63,777 bases of DNA, filler included, from 4 parts of 4 records of this genome joined end to end with filler, not necessarily neighbours in it, one strand, 5' to 3'; shown: positions 46,362 to 55,851, numbered from the whole stretch's first letter. Translations and numbers: made by a program. The notes: generated by a model not told the origin, from the sequence alone.

Positions 46362-48042
46362 GATTCGCCTCGGTATCGTTCTGGCCAACTTTTGACGCGC
46401 GCTCGCCAACAGGGTGATTGGGTTCTACTTCCAGATGTTCACCATCATAGATGTCCAGAAAAGCCAGCGCCTGAGCAATTTCCAAGTACAACGCGGCAAG
46501 TTCTTTAGACCAAAAATCATCGCTAGTGGCGGACCTATCAGTAGGCTTGGAGTTGGCTAAAAATTGCAATTGGCTTTCTGACAATTTCATACTCAGATTC
46601 CTTGCTGCCAACGCAAGCTTATCAAAGCCGAAATTGTCCGCAGAGCAAACCAACATGTATAAGTTATGTTTCACGTCAGAGAAATTACTTAATTTAATGC
46701 CCTCTAACTGAAGCGAGCGATGACGTAATTCATCAGAAAACCGCTCAAGTAAATTAAACACACCGACAACGCCAATGATCTTGGCAAATTCTGCCAAACG
46801 CTCAACAGGCATATTGGCTTCTAAGTCTTTTTGGTCGTGCATACCCAACACGCGACTTAACGCTGTTAGCAGATCTTTATCCTTAATTGGTTTAGATAAG
46901 AATTCGTTAAACCCCGCCTCTAGGCAGGCTTGCTGATCAGCTGCAGAAACATACGCCGTCAGCGCAATCAGAGGCACTCTTGCGAGCAAACCGGGCAGGT
47001 TGCGAATCTCCTTCGCAGCAGTTATGCCGTCCATATTCGGCATCGCTAAGTCCATTAACACCGCCGCATATGCTTTCTGGCGCACAGCAGTAAGCGCTTC
47101 CAAACCATCTGAAGCTAGGTCTACCGTGTACCCAGCAGCGGTCAAAATCGATTTTAAAACCAAGCGATTGGAGGGTGAATCATCGACCAACAAAATGCTG
47201 CTAACGTCGGGGTCAACCAAAGACCCGGTGGTGCCGTATGCGCGGAGCGCCTCAGAGGCTGCTCGGTCAGAAACTTGGTTTAACGAGGAGGTGCTGATTG
47301 TCGGCGCGTCTACTGGTGCCTCCACGGTTGCATTGACTGGCAACTTTATAGTCCATTGAATACCCTTGCCAATTTCGCTGGTGGCACCTATGTCGCCCCC
47401 GGCAAGACGCATCAACGCTCTGGCAAGGCATAGGTTCAAATTCAAATCTAAACCATTGGACATGTTCCAATTCAGAGCTTCTCCAGACCACTCATTGAAA
47501 CTGAATAAATTGTCTAACTCTGCTTGGGCCAGGCCCAAACTAGTATCCAAAATCTGTACCCCAACCGGGCCTGCGGGGGTTTTACAGACTAGGATATCCA
47601 CACGCTCGCGGCGACTGAACATCACGGCATACTGCAATACAGCGGTGAAGCTCTGTGTAAATTTATCTTCATCAACCACAAACTCTGCTACCGAGGCTTC
47701 ATTTATGGCCTCTGTATAGCCCACGACAATTGCAACTTGGCTAGAACGGGGGTCTAGCAAAACTTTATCTACAATAGATTCTATAAGTTGCCCAAGGTCT
47801 ACCCGTTGATTACTGACGGGCATCATTTGATTTTCTATCAAATCTAGGTCACTAACGGTCTGCAACAACGAAATTAAGTGTTGTATTGATAGGTTTGCAT
47901 GCTGGACTAAAACCTGTTCGACCGTACCTTCTGTGGCATTGAGCTTGTCACCCACCAAGGACAAAGTGCCTTGTATGGTATTCAGCGTGGTACGAATGTC
48001 GGGTCCGGCCAATGACAGCAACTGCGAATGCATTGACTTCAT
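46348..48042 (-). CDS. Pseudo-histidine kinase: degenerate HisKA/HATPase + intact REC + degenerate Hpt
   Basis: LAGPDIRTTLN in place of MSHEIRTPLN; AVLQYAVMFS, DTSLG and GLDLNL in place of the N/G boxes; REC LVDDS...LMDLAMP...FLSKP; Hpt NLYMLVCSADNFGFDKL. Confidence 0.8.
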   Translation of the reverse strand: MKSMHSQLLSLAGPDIRTTLNTIQGTLSLVGDKLNATEGTVEQVLVQHANLSIQHLISLLQTVSDLDLIENQMMPVSNQRVDLGQLIESIVDKVLLDPRSSQVAIVVGYTEAINEASVAEFVVDEDKFTQSFTAVLQYAVMFSRRERVDILVCKTPAGPVGVQILDTSLGLAQAELDNLFSFNEWSGEALNWNMSNGLDLNLNLCLARALMRLAGGDIGATSEIGKGIQWTIKLPVNATVEAPVDAPTISTSSLNQVSDRAASEALRAYGTTGSLVDPDVSSILLVDDSPSNRLVLKSILTAAGYTVDLASDGLEALTAVRQKAYAAVLMDLAMPNMDGITAAKEIRNLPGLLARVPLIALTAYVSAADQQACLEAGFNEFLSKPIKDKDLLTALSRVLGMHDQKDLEANMPVERLAEFAKIIGVVGVFNLLERFSDELRHRSLQLEGIKLSNFSDVKHNLYMLVCSADNFGFDKLALAARNLSMKLSESQLQFLANSKPTDRSATSDDFWSKELAALYLEIAQALAFLDIYDGEHLEVEPNHPVGERASKVGQNDTEANHVQT

Positions 48043-48073
48043 TTTTGGGCACTCAAAACAACACGCCGGGAAA

Positions 48074-48090
48074 CGCAACCTTGGTGCCAA
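48074..48090 (-). promoter_or_regulatory. Sigma54 (-24/-12) promoter
   Basis: Minus strand TTGGCAC-CAAGG-TTGCG matches TGGCAC-N5-TTGC; 31 nt before ATG 48042; about 440 nt of upstream non-coding space. Confidence 0.75.
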
Positions 48091-48535
48091 AAAAGCGCTT
48101 TGACAGGGTTTTGAACATTACGTTTGGGCGCACGGCCAAGATGTCGAAATCGATCAGGATCGAGGGGAAGAATTTGACCTAGAGAGGCGGGCATAGACTG
48201 CCGCAGCCGTGTATATCCGGACAATTTTTCGTCATTGCCAAACAGAATAGTTGTATCTTTATTTGTGACCACTTACCGCCCACTCGCAAATGTAAATCGG
48301 GCACCCGATGGGGGCACCAACGGACAGAATAATCGCTGATCAGCAGGTTGAAGGAGCCAAACGACTGCTATGGGGTATGTTTTGATCGACAGTCGGTAGT
48401 TTTTTTACAAAAAAAAACGCCAATGCATGACGTTTTGTGAACTTTTCAGTAACAAACGAATAGTATTAGGTGCATTATTCCCGACAGACGGGCCACATTC
48501 AGAGTTATTGTTAACTATAAGTTTGTATATCTGAG

Positions 48536-49393
48536 CTATTCCACAGCTAGCCAATAGCCTCCCTGAGGGTGATGCTTCACATGCCCAGCGGTAGGAGTGG
48601 CAAAATGCGTTCCGATGATCAAAATATCTTCATCGACATAGCGCTCTAGTAAGGATTCTCGGGTTTTCTGCCCCTGCTTTTGATCGAAATCGGCAGACGA
48701 ACACCAATGGGTTTTAGTCATTTGCACTGGGTGATGAATACAATCGCCTGTGATTAAAGCCTCACTACCATTAGCGCTGATATGCACACTCACATGGCCA
48801 GGCGTATGCCCTGGCGTTGGCTGCAACTGCACCTCATCGCAGAGCTTGTGGTCCTCTTCAACCAGATCAACTAGGCCCGCTTCCACCACTGGACGCACAG
48901 AATCCGCTAACACCGGCCCATAAGTAGATTCATCTTCATTGGCATCCCAATAGGCCCATTCTTTAGCCGCAATGAGGTAGCGTGCGTTAGGAAATGTTGG
49001 CACCCATGCGCCGTCCACCAGCATGGTATTCCAGCCCACATGGTCTACATGTAGGTGGGTGCACAAAACCGTATCAATGCTTTCACGCGGATAGCCGGCA
49101 GCCGCCAGATCCTGCAAAAAGTTGGTTTGCAAATGCGACCAATTGGGAATGTTGCGCTCTTTGTCGTTACCTATGCAGGTGTCAACTAAAATCCGGCGAG
49201 TACCGGTGTCTATGACCAATGCATGGACGCTCATAATCAAATTACCCTGCTCGTCCATGAAGTGGGGTTGCATCCACTCTATGGCCTGACACGCTTCCCG
49301 TGTGGCATCGGGCAAAATAAAGCGTGAGCCGCCCGTTGTTTCCATTTCGATAATACGGGTGATTTTCACATCACCTATTTGCCATTGATTCAT
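48536..49393 (-). CDS. Metallo-beta-lactamase-fold hydrolase
   Basis: THLHVDHVGWN, PTFPNARY, TPGHTPGH, TGDCIH and GTHF motifs. Confidence 0.92.
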   Translation of the reverse strand: MNQWQIGDVKITRIIEMETTGGSRFILPDATREACQAIEWMQPHFMDEQGNLIMSVHALVIDTGTRRILVDTCIGNDKERNIPNWSHLQTNFLQDLAAAGYPRESIDTVLCTHLHVDHVGWNTMLVDGAWVPTFPNARYLIAAKEWAYWDANEDESTYGPVLADSVRPVVEAGLVDLVEEDHKLCDEVQLQPTPGHTPGHVSVHISANGSEALITGDCIHHPVQMTKTHWCSSADFDQKQGQKTRESLLERYVDEDILIIGTHFATPTAGHVKHHPQGGYWLAVE

Positions 49394-49554
49394 AACGCTC
49401 CCCTACCTATTTAAACCCGCAAATTTACAACCAATATAAGCAAAATTCATTGTCTGTAATCAGCAACTCGATATCCCAAGAGACTACTATTTTTGCTATC
49501 GTTCTTACATCAGAAAAGTCATTAGAAAAATGAAATCCTGCCTGGAGGGGCAAA

Positions 49555-51363
49555 ATGCAACTTATAAAAGACATCTCAACACTGACCCACATACCCGCTC
49601 TCTTAAAGCTCAAAAAAGGTATGAAACCTCGCCCGTTTGAGGTCATAGACAGCCCAGGGGGGCGACTTGAAGCAAACGCCCAACGCTTCAAAGATCACTC
49701 AGCGTTGATATTCGAAGGCCAGCAACTGACTTGGTCAGAACTTAATACGGTGGCAAATCGCTATGCATCAGCGATGAAGGCAGAGGGTTTGAGCCGCGGC
49801 GACAACGTCAGTGTGATGATGGAGAACCGAGTAGAGTTCCTCGCCTTACTCATGGGCTTGAACAAAATCGGCGTCACCGCAGGTCTGCTAAATACTAACT
49901 TGACCGGCAAATCGCTGATCCATTGTATTACTGTAACCCAGTCAAAGAAGTGCATTTTTGGCGAAGAGGTCATCGACTCAATGCAAGACGTGCGTACCGA
50001 GTTATCGCTAGAACCGGGTCAAGATTTCTTGTTTATCGCCGACGCAGGCACTCAACCAGCGCCTCAATGGAGTAAGGATTTAGGGCCACTGGCGGCATCT
50101 GCCGACGCAGAGGACCCAGCGGAAACCGCGGCAACAACGTTGGGCGATATAGCCTTTTACATTTACACCTCGGGCACCACCGGACTACCCAAAGCGGCTG
50201 TCATTTCCAATAGACGCTACTTGATAAGCGGCGACATGGCAGGCACAGGCGGACTCAAGTGTAAAACTCAGGACAGAATCTACCTTTGCTTACCGCTTTA
50301 CCATGCCACTGGCTTGCTGCTGGGTGTGGGCTCGGCCCTTGCCACAGGTGCCAGTATGTTTGTGCGGCGCAAGTTCTCCGCCAGCAATTTTCTCAACGAA
50401 ATTCGCCAGCACCGGTGCACGCATATGATTTATATCGGCGAGCTATGCCGCTACTTAGTCAACTCTGAGGCTAAAGCAGATGACGCAAAGACGCCTCTGC
50501 GCAGCATCATGGGCAATGGCCTACGTCCAGATATTTGGATGGAGTTTAAGGAGCGCTACGGCATTTCGCGGATTTGCGAATTTTATGGCGCATCAGAGGG
50601 CAATGTCGCCTTTGCCAACCTAATGAACAAAGACCTGACTGTAGGTATGACGTCTGCCGAAGTGAGTTTAGTTCAATATGATGTCGATAACGACGAAATC
50701 GTCCGCGACAACCAAGGCTTTTGCATTCCAGTTATGAAAGGCGAAGCCGGCTTGCTGCTCGGTAAAATCACCCCGGACACCGTTTTTGAAGGTTATACCG
50801 ACGAAGCGGCAACTGAGGGCAAGGTGTTGCGCGGCGCGCTAGAAAAAGAGGACGCTTGGTTTAATACCGGCGACCTAATGCGCACCGTAGATGTTGGTTA
50901 CGCTCTTGGCTATGACCACTACCAGTTTGTTGACCGAGTGGGCGATACGTTCCGCTGGAAAGCCGAAAACGTCTCCACTAACGAAGTGGGCGAAATCATT
51001 AACGCCTTCCCCCAAGTTAAGTTCTGCAACGTTTATGGCGTAGAAGTGCCCGGGGCAGATGGTCGCGCAGGCATGGTTTCAATCACCCTGAATGATGATG
51101 TAAGCGCACTTGATGTAGAGGCTTTTGCGCAGTTCGCACAGGACGCCTTGCCCAGTTATGCCGTACCGGTTTTTATCCGCATAGATGCTGAGATAGATGT
51201 CACCGGCACCTTCAAAATGCTCAAAGGTGAACTCAGGCAACAAGGCTTCAATATTGACAGCATTGAGGGTCCGGTTTTTGTCATGAAGAGTGGTGAAAAA
51301 GCCTATAGCGTTTTAGATAACGCCTACCTGCAAAAGATCAACAGCGCCGAAGCGGGCTACTAG
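49555..51363 (+). CDS. Long-chain acyl-CoA synthetase (FATP family)
   Basis: YIYTSGTTGLPKAA, YIGELCRYL, GNGLRP, EFYGASEG, WFNTGD and DRVGDTFRWKAENVST motifs. Confidence 0.93.
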   Translation: MQLIKDISTLTHIPALLKLKKGMKPRPFEVIDSPGGRLEANAQRFKDHSALIFEGQQLTWSELNTVANRYASAMKAEGLSRGDNVSVMMENRVEFLALLMGLNKIGVTAGLLNTNLTGKSLIHCITVTQSKKCIFGEEVIDSMQDVRTELSLEPGQDFLFIADAGTQPAPQWSKDLGPLAASADAEDPAETAATTLGDIAFYIYTSGTTGLPKAAVISNRRYLISGDMAGTGGLKCKTQDRIYLCLPLYHATGLLLGVGSALATGASMFVRRKFSASNFLNEIRQHRCTHMIYIGELCRYLVNSEAKADDAKTPLRSIMGNGLRPDIWMEFKERYGISRICEFYGASEGNVAFANLMNKDLTVGMTSAEVSLVQYDVDNDEIVRDNQGFCIPVMKGEAGLLLGKITPDTVFEGYTDEAATEGKVLRGALEKEDAWFNTGDLMRTVDVGYALGYDHYQFVDRVGDTFRWKAENVSTNEVGEIINAFPQVKFCNVYGVEVPGADGRAGMVSITLNDDVSALDVEAFAQFAQDALPSYAVPVFIRIDAEIDVTGTFKMLKGELRQQGFNIDSIEGPVFVMKSGEKAYSVLDNAYLQKINSAEAGY

Positions 51364-51472
51364 GTCGATTTACGGTAAGTTATAGGGCAAAACAAAAGCC
51401 TAAATCACGCGAGCTGAAGCGGTCATTGTCCTACAGCTCCTATTACCTATGAGAAATAATAACTGGGTGAAA

Positions 51473-52084
51473 ATGGAAAAAGCGGTACTACTGGACCTTG
51501 GCGGCGTTGTCTTAGATATAGATTTTCACCGGGTGTTTGCTTCGTGGGCAAAAGACAGCGGCGTTGATAAGTCGTTGTTCTATGATCAGTGGTCCTTGGA
51601 CGACGCCTATAAACAACATGAAGTGGGCGCGCTGTCTTTTCAGGAATACAGCGCCCATTTGTCTCGCTCTTTAGGCGTAAGTATGTCCGATGCTTGCTGG
51701 CAGAAAGGGTGGAACGCTTTATGGGTAGGCGTCTATGGGTCTGTCATTGCGCTACTGCCGCAGTTGGCCCAACAATATACGTTATGCGCTTTTAGCAATA
51801 CCAATGCTACCCATGCGGCATCATTCAAGCATCACTTTGGCACTGAGCTTAGCCACTTTGAAACGCTGTACTTATCTCAAGAGGTAGGTCAACGTAAGCC
51901 AGATACACAAGCTTTTCTGACCGTGTGTGAACGCATGGGTTACGCGCCAAAAGACGTGGTGTTTTTGGACGACTCGCAAGAAAACGTGACAGGTGCCAAA
52001 GCCGCTGGATTAGAGGCGTACCTCACACGAGGCGATGCTCAGGTGGCCAGCCAACTCAAAACACTGCTCGAACAGCGGGTCTAA
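51473..52084 (+). CDS. HAD-IA hydrolase (YihX-like)
   Basis: LLDLGGV, FSNTN, SQEVG.RKPD and FLDDS.ENV motifs. Confidence 0.88.
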   Translation: MEKAVLLDLGGVVLDIDFHRVFASWAKDSGVDKSLFYDQWSLDDAYKQHEVGALSFQEYSAHLSRSLGVSMSDACWQKGWNALWVGVYGSVIALLPQLAQQYTLCAFSNTNATHAASFKHHFGTELSHFETLYLSQEVGQRKPDTQAFLTVCERMGYAPKDVVFLDDSQENVTGAKAAGLEAYLTRGDAQVASQLKTLLEQRV

Positions 52085-52332
52085 TCAACATCTAGCTCTA
52101 CTGCCGCAATCAGCTCTAAAGCTTGCTCTCTAGACTCACCACAAAAAAAAACTTCTGCTTTAAATTGACCACAAAAACTGGGACGTTCGGGCTGACCAAA
52201 AATTGCGCAGGCAAAGTCAGCTGTGAGATGAATACACGCTATCCCCGCAGGCTTACCATTGGGCATACCGGGCAGCGGCCCAGATATAGACGGGGCAATA
52301 CAGCACGCCCCGCAACCAGACCTACACTGCAT
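52081..52332 (-). CDS. YkgJ family cysteine-cluster protein
   Basis: MQCRSGCGACCIAPSIS..PGMPNGKPAG..C.HL...CAIF...RP..C. Confidence 0.9.
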   Translation of the reverse strand: MQCRSGCGACCIAPSISGPLPGMPNGKPAGIACIHLTADFACAIFGQPERPSFCGQFKAEVFFCGESREQALELIAAVELDVD

Positions 52333-52362
52333 CTAGCGCGACCTCATAATGAGAGCTGCGAC

Positions 52363-53235
52363 CTAGACATTAAATTTATGCGCAATTGCCGCATAGTTCT
52401 CTAGCATGGGTAGCACCACATCTGGCTCGGCAGAGGGCAGCGCAAATATTATGCGGTCAAAACCCATCTCCAACAAAGACTCAACAGCCTCTGCATCAGG
52501 ACCTACACCAAAAATACTGAACTGGGGTTCACCACTGCGACCCGCTTCCTGCCACGCATCGCGAGTGCGACCAATACCCTCGGCATAATCTACCGGGCCG
52601 TTAGCGCCTTTGCGTTTGTCATTTTGATAAATGGGGAACCAACCATCACCGTATTCTGCAATACGCTTGTAGACATATTTAGACGATGCACCTAACAATA
52701 CCGGTGGACCGCCCGCCTGTACTGGTTTGGGGTAGGCCCAAATTTTATCGAAGTCGACAAATTCTCCGTGATACTCTGCCTCCTCCTCGGTCCATATTTC
52801 GCGCATCGCTAACATACGTTCGCGCAATATTTTCCACCTATGTACAAACGGCGTACCGTGATTTTCCATTTCTTCAGCATTCCAGCCAGCGCCAATACCC
52901 AGTACCACGCGACCTTTTGACAAGTAGTCTAGGCTGGCAACTTGTTTGGCCATCAAAATGGGGTCACGTTCGGTAATCAGCGATATGCCTGTTCCTAATT
53001 TCAACTTTTCGGTAACAGCAGCGGCCATAGAAAGCGCCACAAATGGATCATAGGTATGCCAGTACTCTTGGGGTAACTCATCACCACCGGGCCAAGGGGA
53101 TTGACGACTCGCTGGGATATGTGTGTGTTCCGGCAGAAACAGTGACTCAAAACCATGGGCTTCGGCCTCTTTCGCCAATACATCTGGTGCTATTGCGTAG
53201 TCTGTCGAAAACATCAGTAGGCCGAAATCGATCAT
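52363..53235 (-). CDS. LLM-class oxidoreductase, putatively F420-dependent
   Basis: AE..GFESLFLPEHTHIP, DPFVALS, LGTGI, AKQVASLD.LS.GR..LG.GAGWN.EE and PKPVQ motifs. Confidence 0.88.
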   Translation of the reverse strand: MIDFGLLMFSTDYAIAPDVLAKEAEAHGFESLFLPEHTHIPASRQSPWPGGDELPQEYWHTYDPFVALSMAAAVTEKLKLGTGISLITERDPILMAKQVASLDYLSKGRVVLGIGAGWNAEEMENHGTPFVHRWKILRERMLAMREIWTEEEAEYHGEFVDFDKIWAYPKPVQAGGPPVLLGASSKYVYKRIAEYGDGWFPIYQNDKRKGANGPVDYAEGIGRTRDAWQEAGRSGEPQFSIFGVGPDAEAVESLLEMGFDRIIFALPSAEPDVVLPMLENYAAIAHKFNV

Positions 53236-53321
53236 GATAAATCCCCTCTTTTAATTTATTTACTTTGCGTCGGGTAATGTGTCCCCTCTGCGCGGAGCAC
53301 AACCTAAGCCTGAATAAATCA

Positions 53322-53344
53322 TGACTTAAGTCACAGCTTAAGTC
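53322..53344. promoter_or_regulatory. Candidate operator: perfect 12-bp palindrome TGACTTAAGTCA plus a partial copy CTTAAGTC
   Basis: 53322-53333 and 53337-53344, about 90 nt upstream of the LLM gene start. Confidence 0.4.
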
Positions 53345-53518
53345 TTGTTTTCCAGCAATCGTAATCGCACCATCAAACCAAAACGAGCGAAGGCGGTGCT
53401 TTCAAGAACTTTTATTGGCAGGGGGCTTCGTGCCCAATATCAACAAGCGAGGCCTAGGGCACGCGTAAACGATGAGGCGATAAGCGAGGAGAGTGCGTTA
53501 GGTTCAAGGGCGAGCTAA

Positions 53519-54250
53519 CTACAGCGCGTTTTCTAACCAATCCATATGCAAATCAATTTTGGCAATATAACGCGCCGCAGCAGGGCCGGGCGTGGTGTTG
53601 AAACCCACGTTATAGGCTGACAGCGCACAGTTGAAATTGCCGGTGCAGCGATCTACCAAATGGCGCAAAACCTGGGCACCGCAGTAGACATTTTGTTCCG
53701 GATCTTTGAGATTAGTCGCACCACAGAAACTGGCCCAGTAATCTGGCCTGACTTGCGTAGGCCCTACAGCGCCCACATGAGACACAACATACTTGCGGAA
53801 TGAACTTTCAGTAAGCACAAGACTCGCAATCAGTTCTGGGCTCAGCTTTTGTCTTTCTGCCGCTTCCAATATCCAAGCGGAAAACTCATTTGCTAAACCC
53901 TGGTCAATACCAAAACCAAGACTCATACGTTGGCCAAATAAACTTACTTGAGCAGGATATGGGGTTCGGCCCTGAACCGGTTTGGCAATGACTATGGTCT
54001 TGCTGGTTATGCCATCCTGCTGGACATTTAACACATCAGATCCGGCATCAATTAATACGAGCAGGGATGTGACCAACGCCAGAGTGAACGAAGAAAATGA
54101 CAGTTTCCGATAGACCGATAGAGCGCCCCAGCGTAGTGCAAATTTGTAGCGCGCTTGCTGACTGATCGTAAATGTCAAAGCAAAAAGAACACCTGGCAAA
54201 ACCAGTAAGGTAGCTACTGAATCGACAAATTTGTCAAAAAGTTCCCGCAT
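53519..54250 (-). CDS. SLT-domain lytic transglycosylase
   Basis: LIASLVLTESSF (catalytic Glu), SHVGAVGPTQV and ALSAYN motifs; N-terminal hydrophobic segments. Confidence 0.85.
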   Translation of the reverse strand: MRELFDKFVDSVATLLVLPGVLFALTFTISQQARYKFALRWGALSVYRKLSFSSFTLALVTSLLVLIDAGSDVLNVQQDGITSKTIVIAKPVQGRTPYPAQVSLFGQRMSLGFGIDQGLANEFSAWILEAAERQKLSPELIASLVLTESSFRKYVVSHVGAVGPTQVRPDYWASFCGATNLKDPEQNVYCGAQVLRHLVDRCTGNFNCALSAYNVGFNTTPGPAAARYIAKIDLHMDWLENAL

Positions 54251-54431
54251 CTCTCGCCCCCTCCTCCCAAAATCTAGCCTGCGAGTTGTGTGCTATCCCT
54301 CTCAAGCAAGCGGCGAAGGACGCGTGACAACAACATTATCAGCGCCATCAAAGGTAACGCGCCGACCACCATATGTACACAAATAATGGAAAGAAAATTG
54401 AGCTTACTTTTCCACTAAAAATTCGCCGAGC

Positions 54432-54472
54432 AAAAAAAAGGCTCTTAGTTAAGCAACTAAAAGCCCTTTTTT
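54432..54472. terminator. Intrinsic terminator (bidirectional form) downstream of the second LLM gene
   Basis: A8-GGCT.TTAGTT-loop-AACTAA.AGCC-C-T6. Confidence 0.75.
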
Positions 54473-54547
54473 GCTGGGATTTAGGGATATTTTGGCAACA
54501 TTTCAGCTAGCGATTATCTCTAGCTTATTGTTTTTTCAGCTATAGCT

Positions 54548-55555
54548 CTAGCCAGCGCGTAGAGTTTCGATAATCGCTCTACGCTGAGCTTCATCAGAAA
54601 CTGGAAACGACGTAGATGTGCGATCAACAAAATTTCCATACCGTTCAAGCATAGCCGGTGCAATTTCATGGGGTTCACCCATAACACCAAACTTATCTAA
54701 CATGTCATCACTGATAAGCGTACCCATTTCTTTCCAACGTCCCTGCTTAGACATAGTGTTTAGCTCGCCTTGCAACTCGCCACAACCAATGGAATCTAAT
54801 ACACCTTTATAAGCCGGTGTAGAGCCATAAAACGCGATGCGTTCTTGAGTCGCCTTTTTACTTTTCGCAAACTCTTCTTCATCTCGGCCTGTGACAACGA
54901 AACAAGAATAAGACAGTTCAAACCCATCTCTAGACTTACCGGCTTTCGCCAGACCACGCTCAATAGCGGGCATAGTCACTTCGTTTATGTAAGCCATTGT
55001 GCTGAACGGGTGGATGATCATTCCGTCTGCAACTTCCCCTGCAACCTCTGTCATCTTAGGCCCTACGGCGGCTAAAACCACTTTAGGCGCGCCGAAGTCT
55101 TTGTCTTCTGGCGTGAACGCTGGGGTCATGAGTGTATGTTTATAGTATTCACCAACAAACTCTAACGGATCACCATTGTACCAATTACCCCAGATGGCAC
55201 GCATGGCCAAGACCAGTTCACGCATTTGCGCTGCCGGAGCACCCCACTGCATGCTAAAACGCTTGGTGATGTGGGGTTTGATTTGCGAACCCAAGCCAAG
55301 CGTAAAACGCCCTTTTGAATAAGCGTTCAAATCATGGCCAATATTCGCCAAGTTCATTGGGCTACGTGCAAAAGCCACCGCAATGGAGCTCGCTATTTCC
55401 AGCTTGTCGCTGTGCTCTGCTGCCAACAAAAGGGGGAAAAAGGGATCGTGGTTCATTTCCGCGGTGCGGACACCGTCGTACCCAGCGGCCTGCAATTTTT
55501 TGACGGTGGCTGGAATCTCGTTGAGGTGGTGGCCAATGCCTGCATCTACTTTCAT
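54548..55555 (-). CDS. LLM-class oxidoreductase, TIGR03617-like (putatively F420-dependent)
   Basis: AEMNHDPFFPL, IAVAFARSPM, LGLGSQIKPHITKRFS, HTLMTP.F and IAFYGSTPAY motifs; start at 55555 after GGAG. Confidence 0.9.
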   Translation of the reverse strand: MKVDAGIGHHLNEIPATVKKLQAAGYDGVRTAEMNHDPFFPLLLAAEHSDKLEIASSIAVAFARSPMNLANIGHDLNAYSKGRFTLGLGSQIKPHITKRFSMQWGAPAAQMRELVLAMRAIWGNWYNGDPLEFVGEYYKHTLMTPAFTPEDKDFGAPKVVLAAVGPKMTEVAGEVADGMIIHPFSTMAYINEVTMPAIERGLAKAGKSRDGFELSYSCFVVTGRDEEEFAKSKKATQERIAFYGSTPAYKGVLDSIGCGELQGELNTMSKQGRWKEMGTLISDDMLDKFGVMGEPHEIAPAMLERYGNFVDRTSTSFPVSDEAQRRAIIETLRAG

Positions 55556-55670
55556 ATTCTCTCTCCAATAATAAATTTCAATCAAAAGGCCAGACTACCC
55601 AGGCCACAAAACAGGACTACGCGAACAGCTTGTAATCTCGCTTATATAATTCTCTTAATGCCATTGCTGC

Positions 55671-55770
55671 NNNNNNNNNNNNNNNNNNNNNNNNNNNNNN
55701 NNNNNNNNNNNNNNTTAATTAATTAANNNNNNNNNNNNNNNNNNNNNNNNNNNNNNNNNNNNNNNNNNNN
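55671..55770. other. Artificial contig spacer
   Basis: N44 + TTAATTAATTAA + N44. Confidence 0.99.
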
Positions 55771-55851
55771 CGCGGATCTCCGCGACCCTGGGCTGTAATA
55801 TGGAATCCTATCAGGATTCTGTAACGATCAACGGTTTACCGTTGCTGATCC
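55771..55851. repeat. Cluster of short hairpins at the contig start, REP-like
   Basis: CGCGGA-TC-TCCGCG followed by ACCCTGGGCT; GAATCCT-ATC-AGGATTC; CAACGGT-TT-ACCGTTG. Confidence 0.45.

Noticed and set aside
55334-55726. ORF running into the N-run
   Set aside because: Artefact: antisense to the LLM gene and closed only by the artificial linker.
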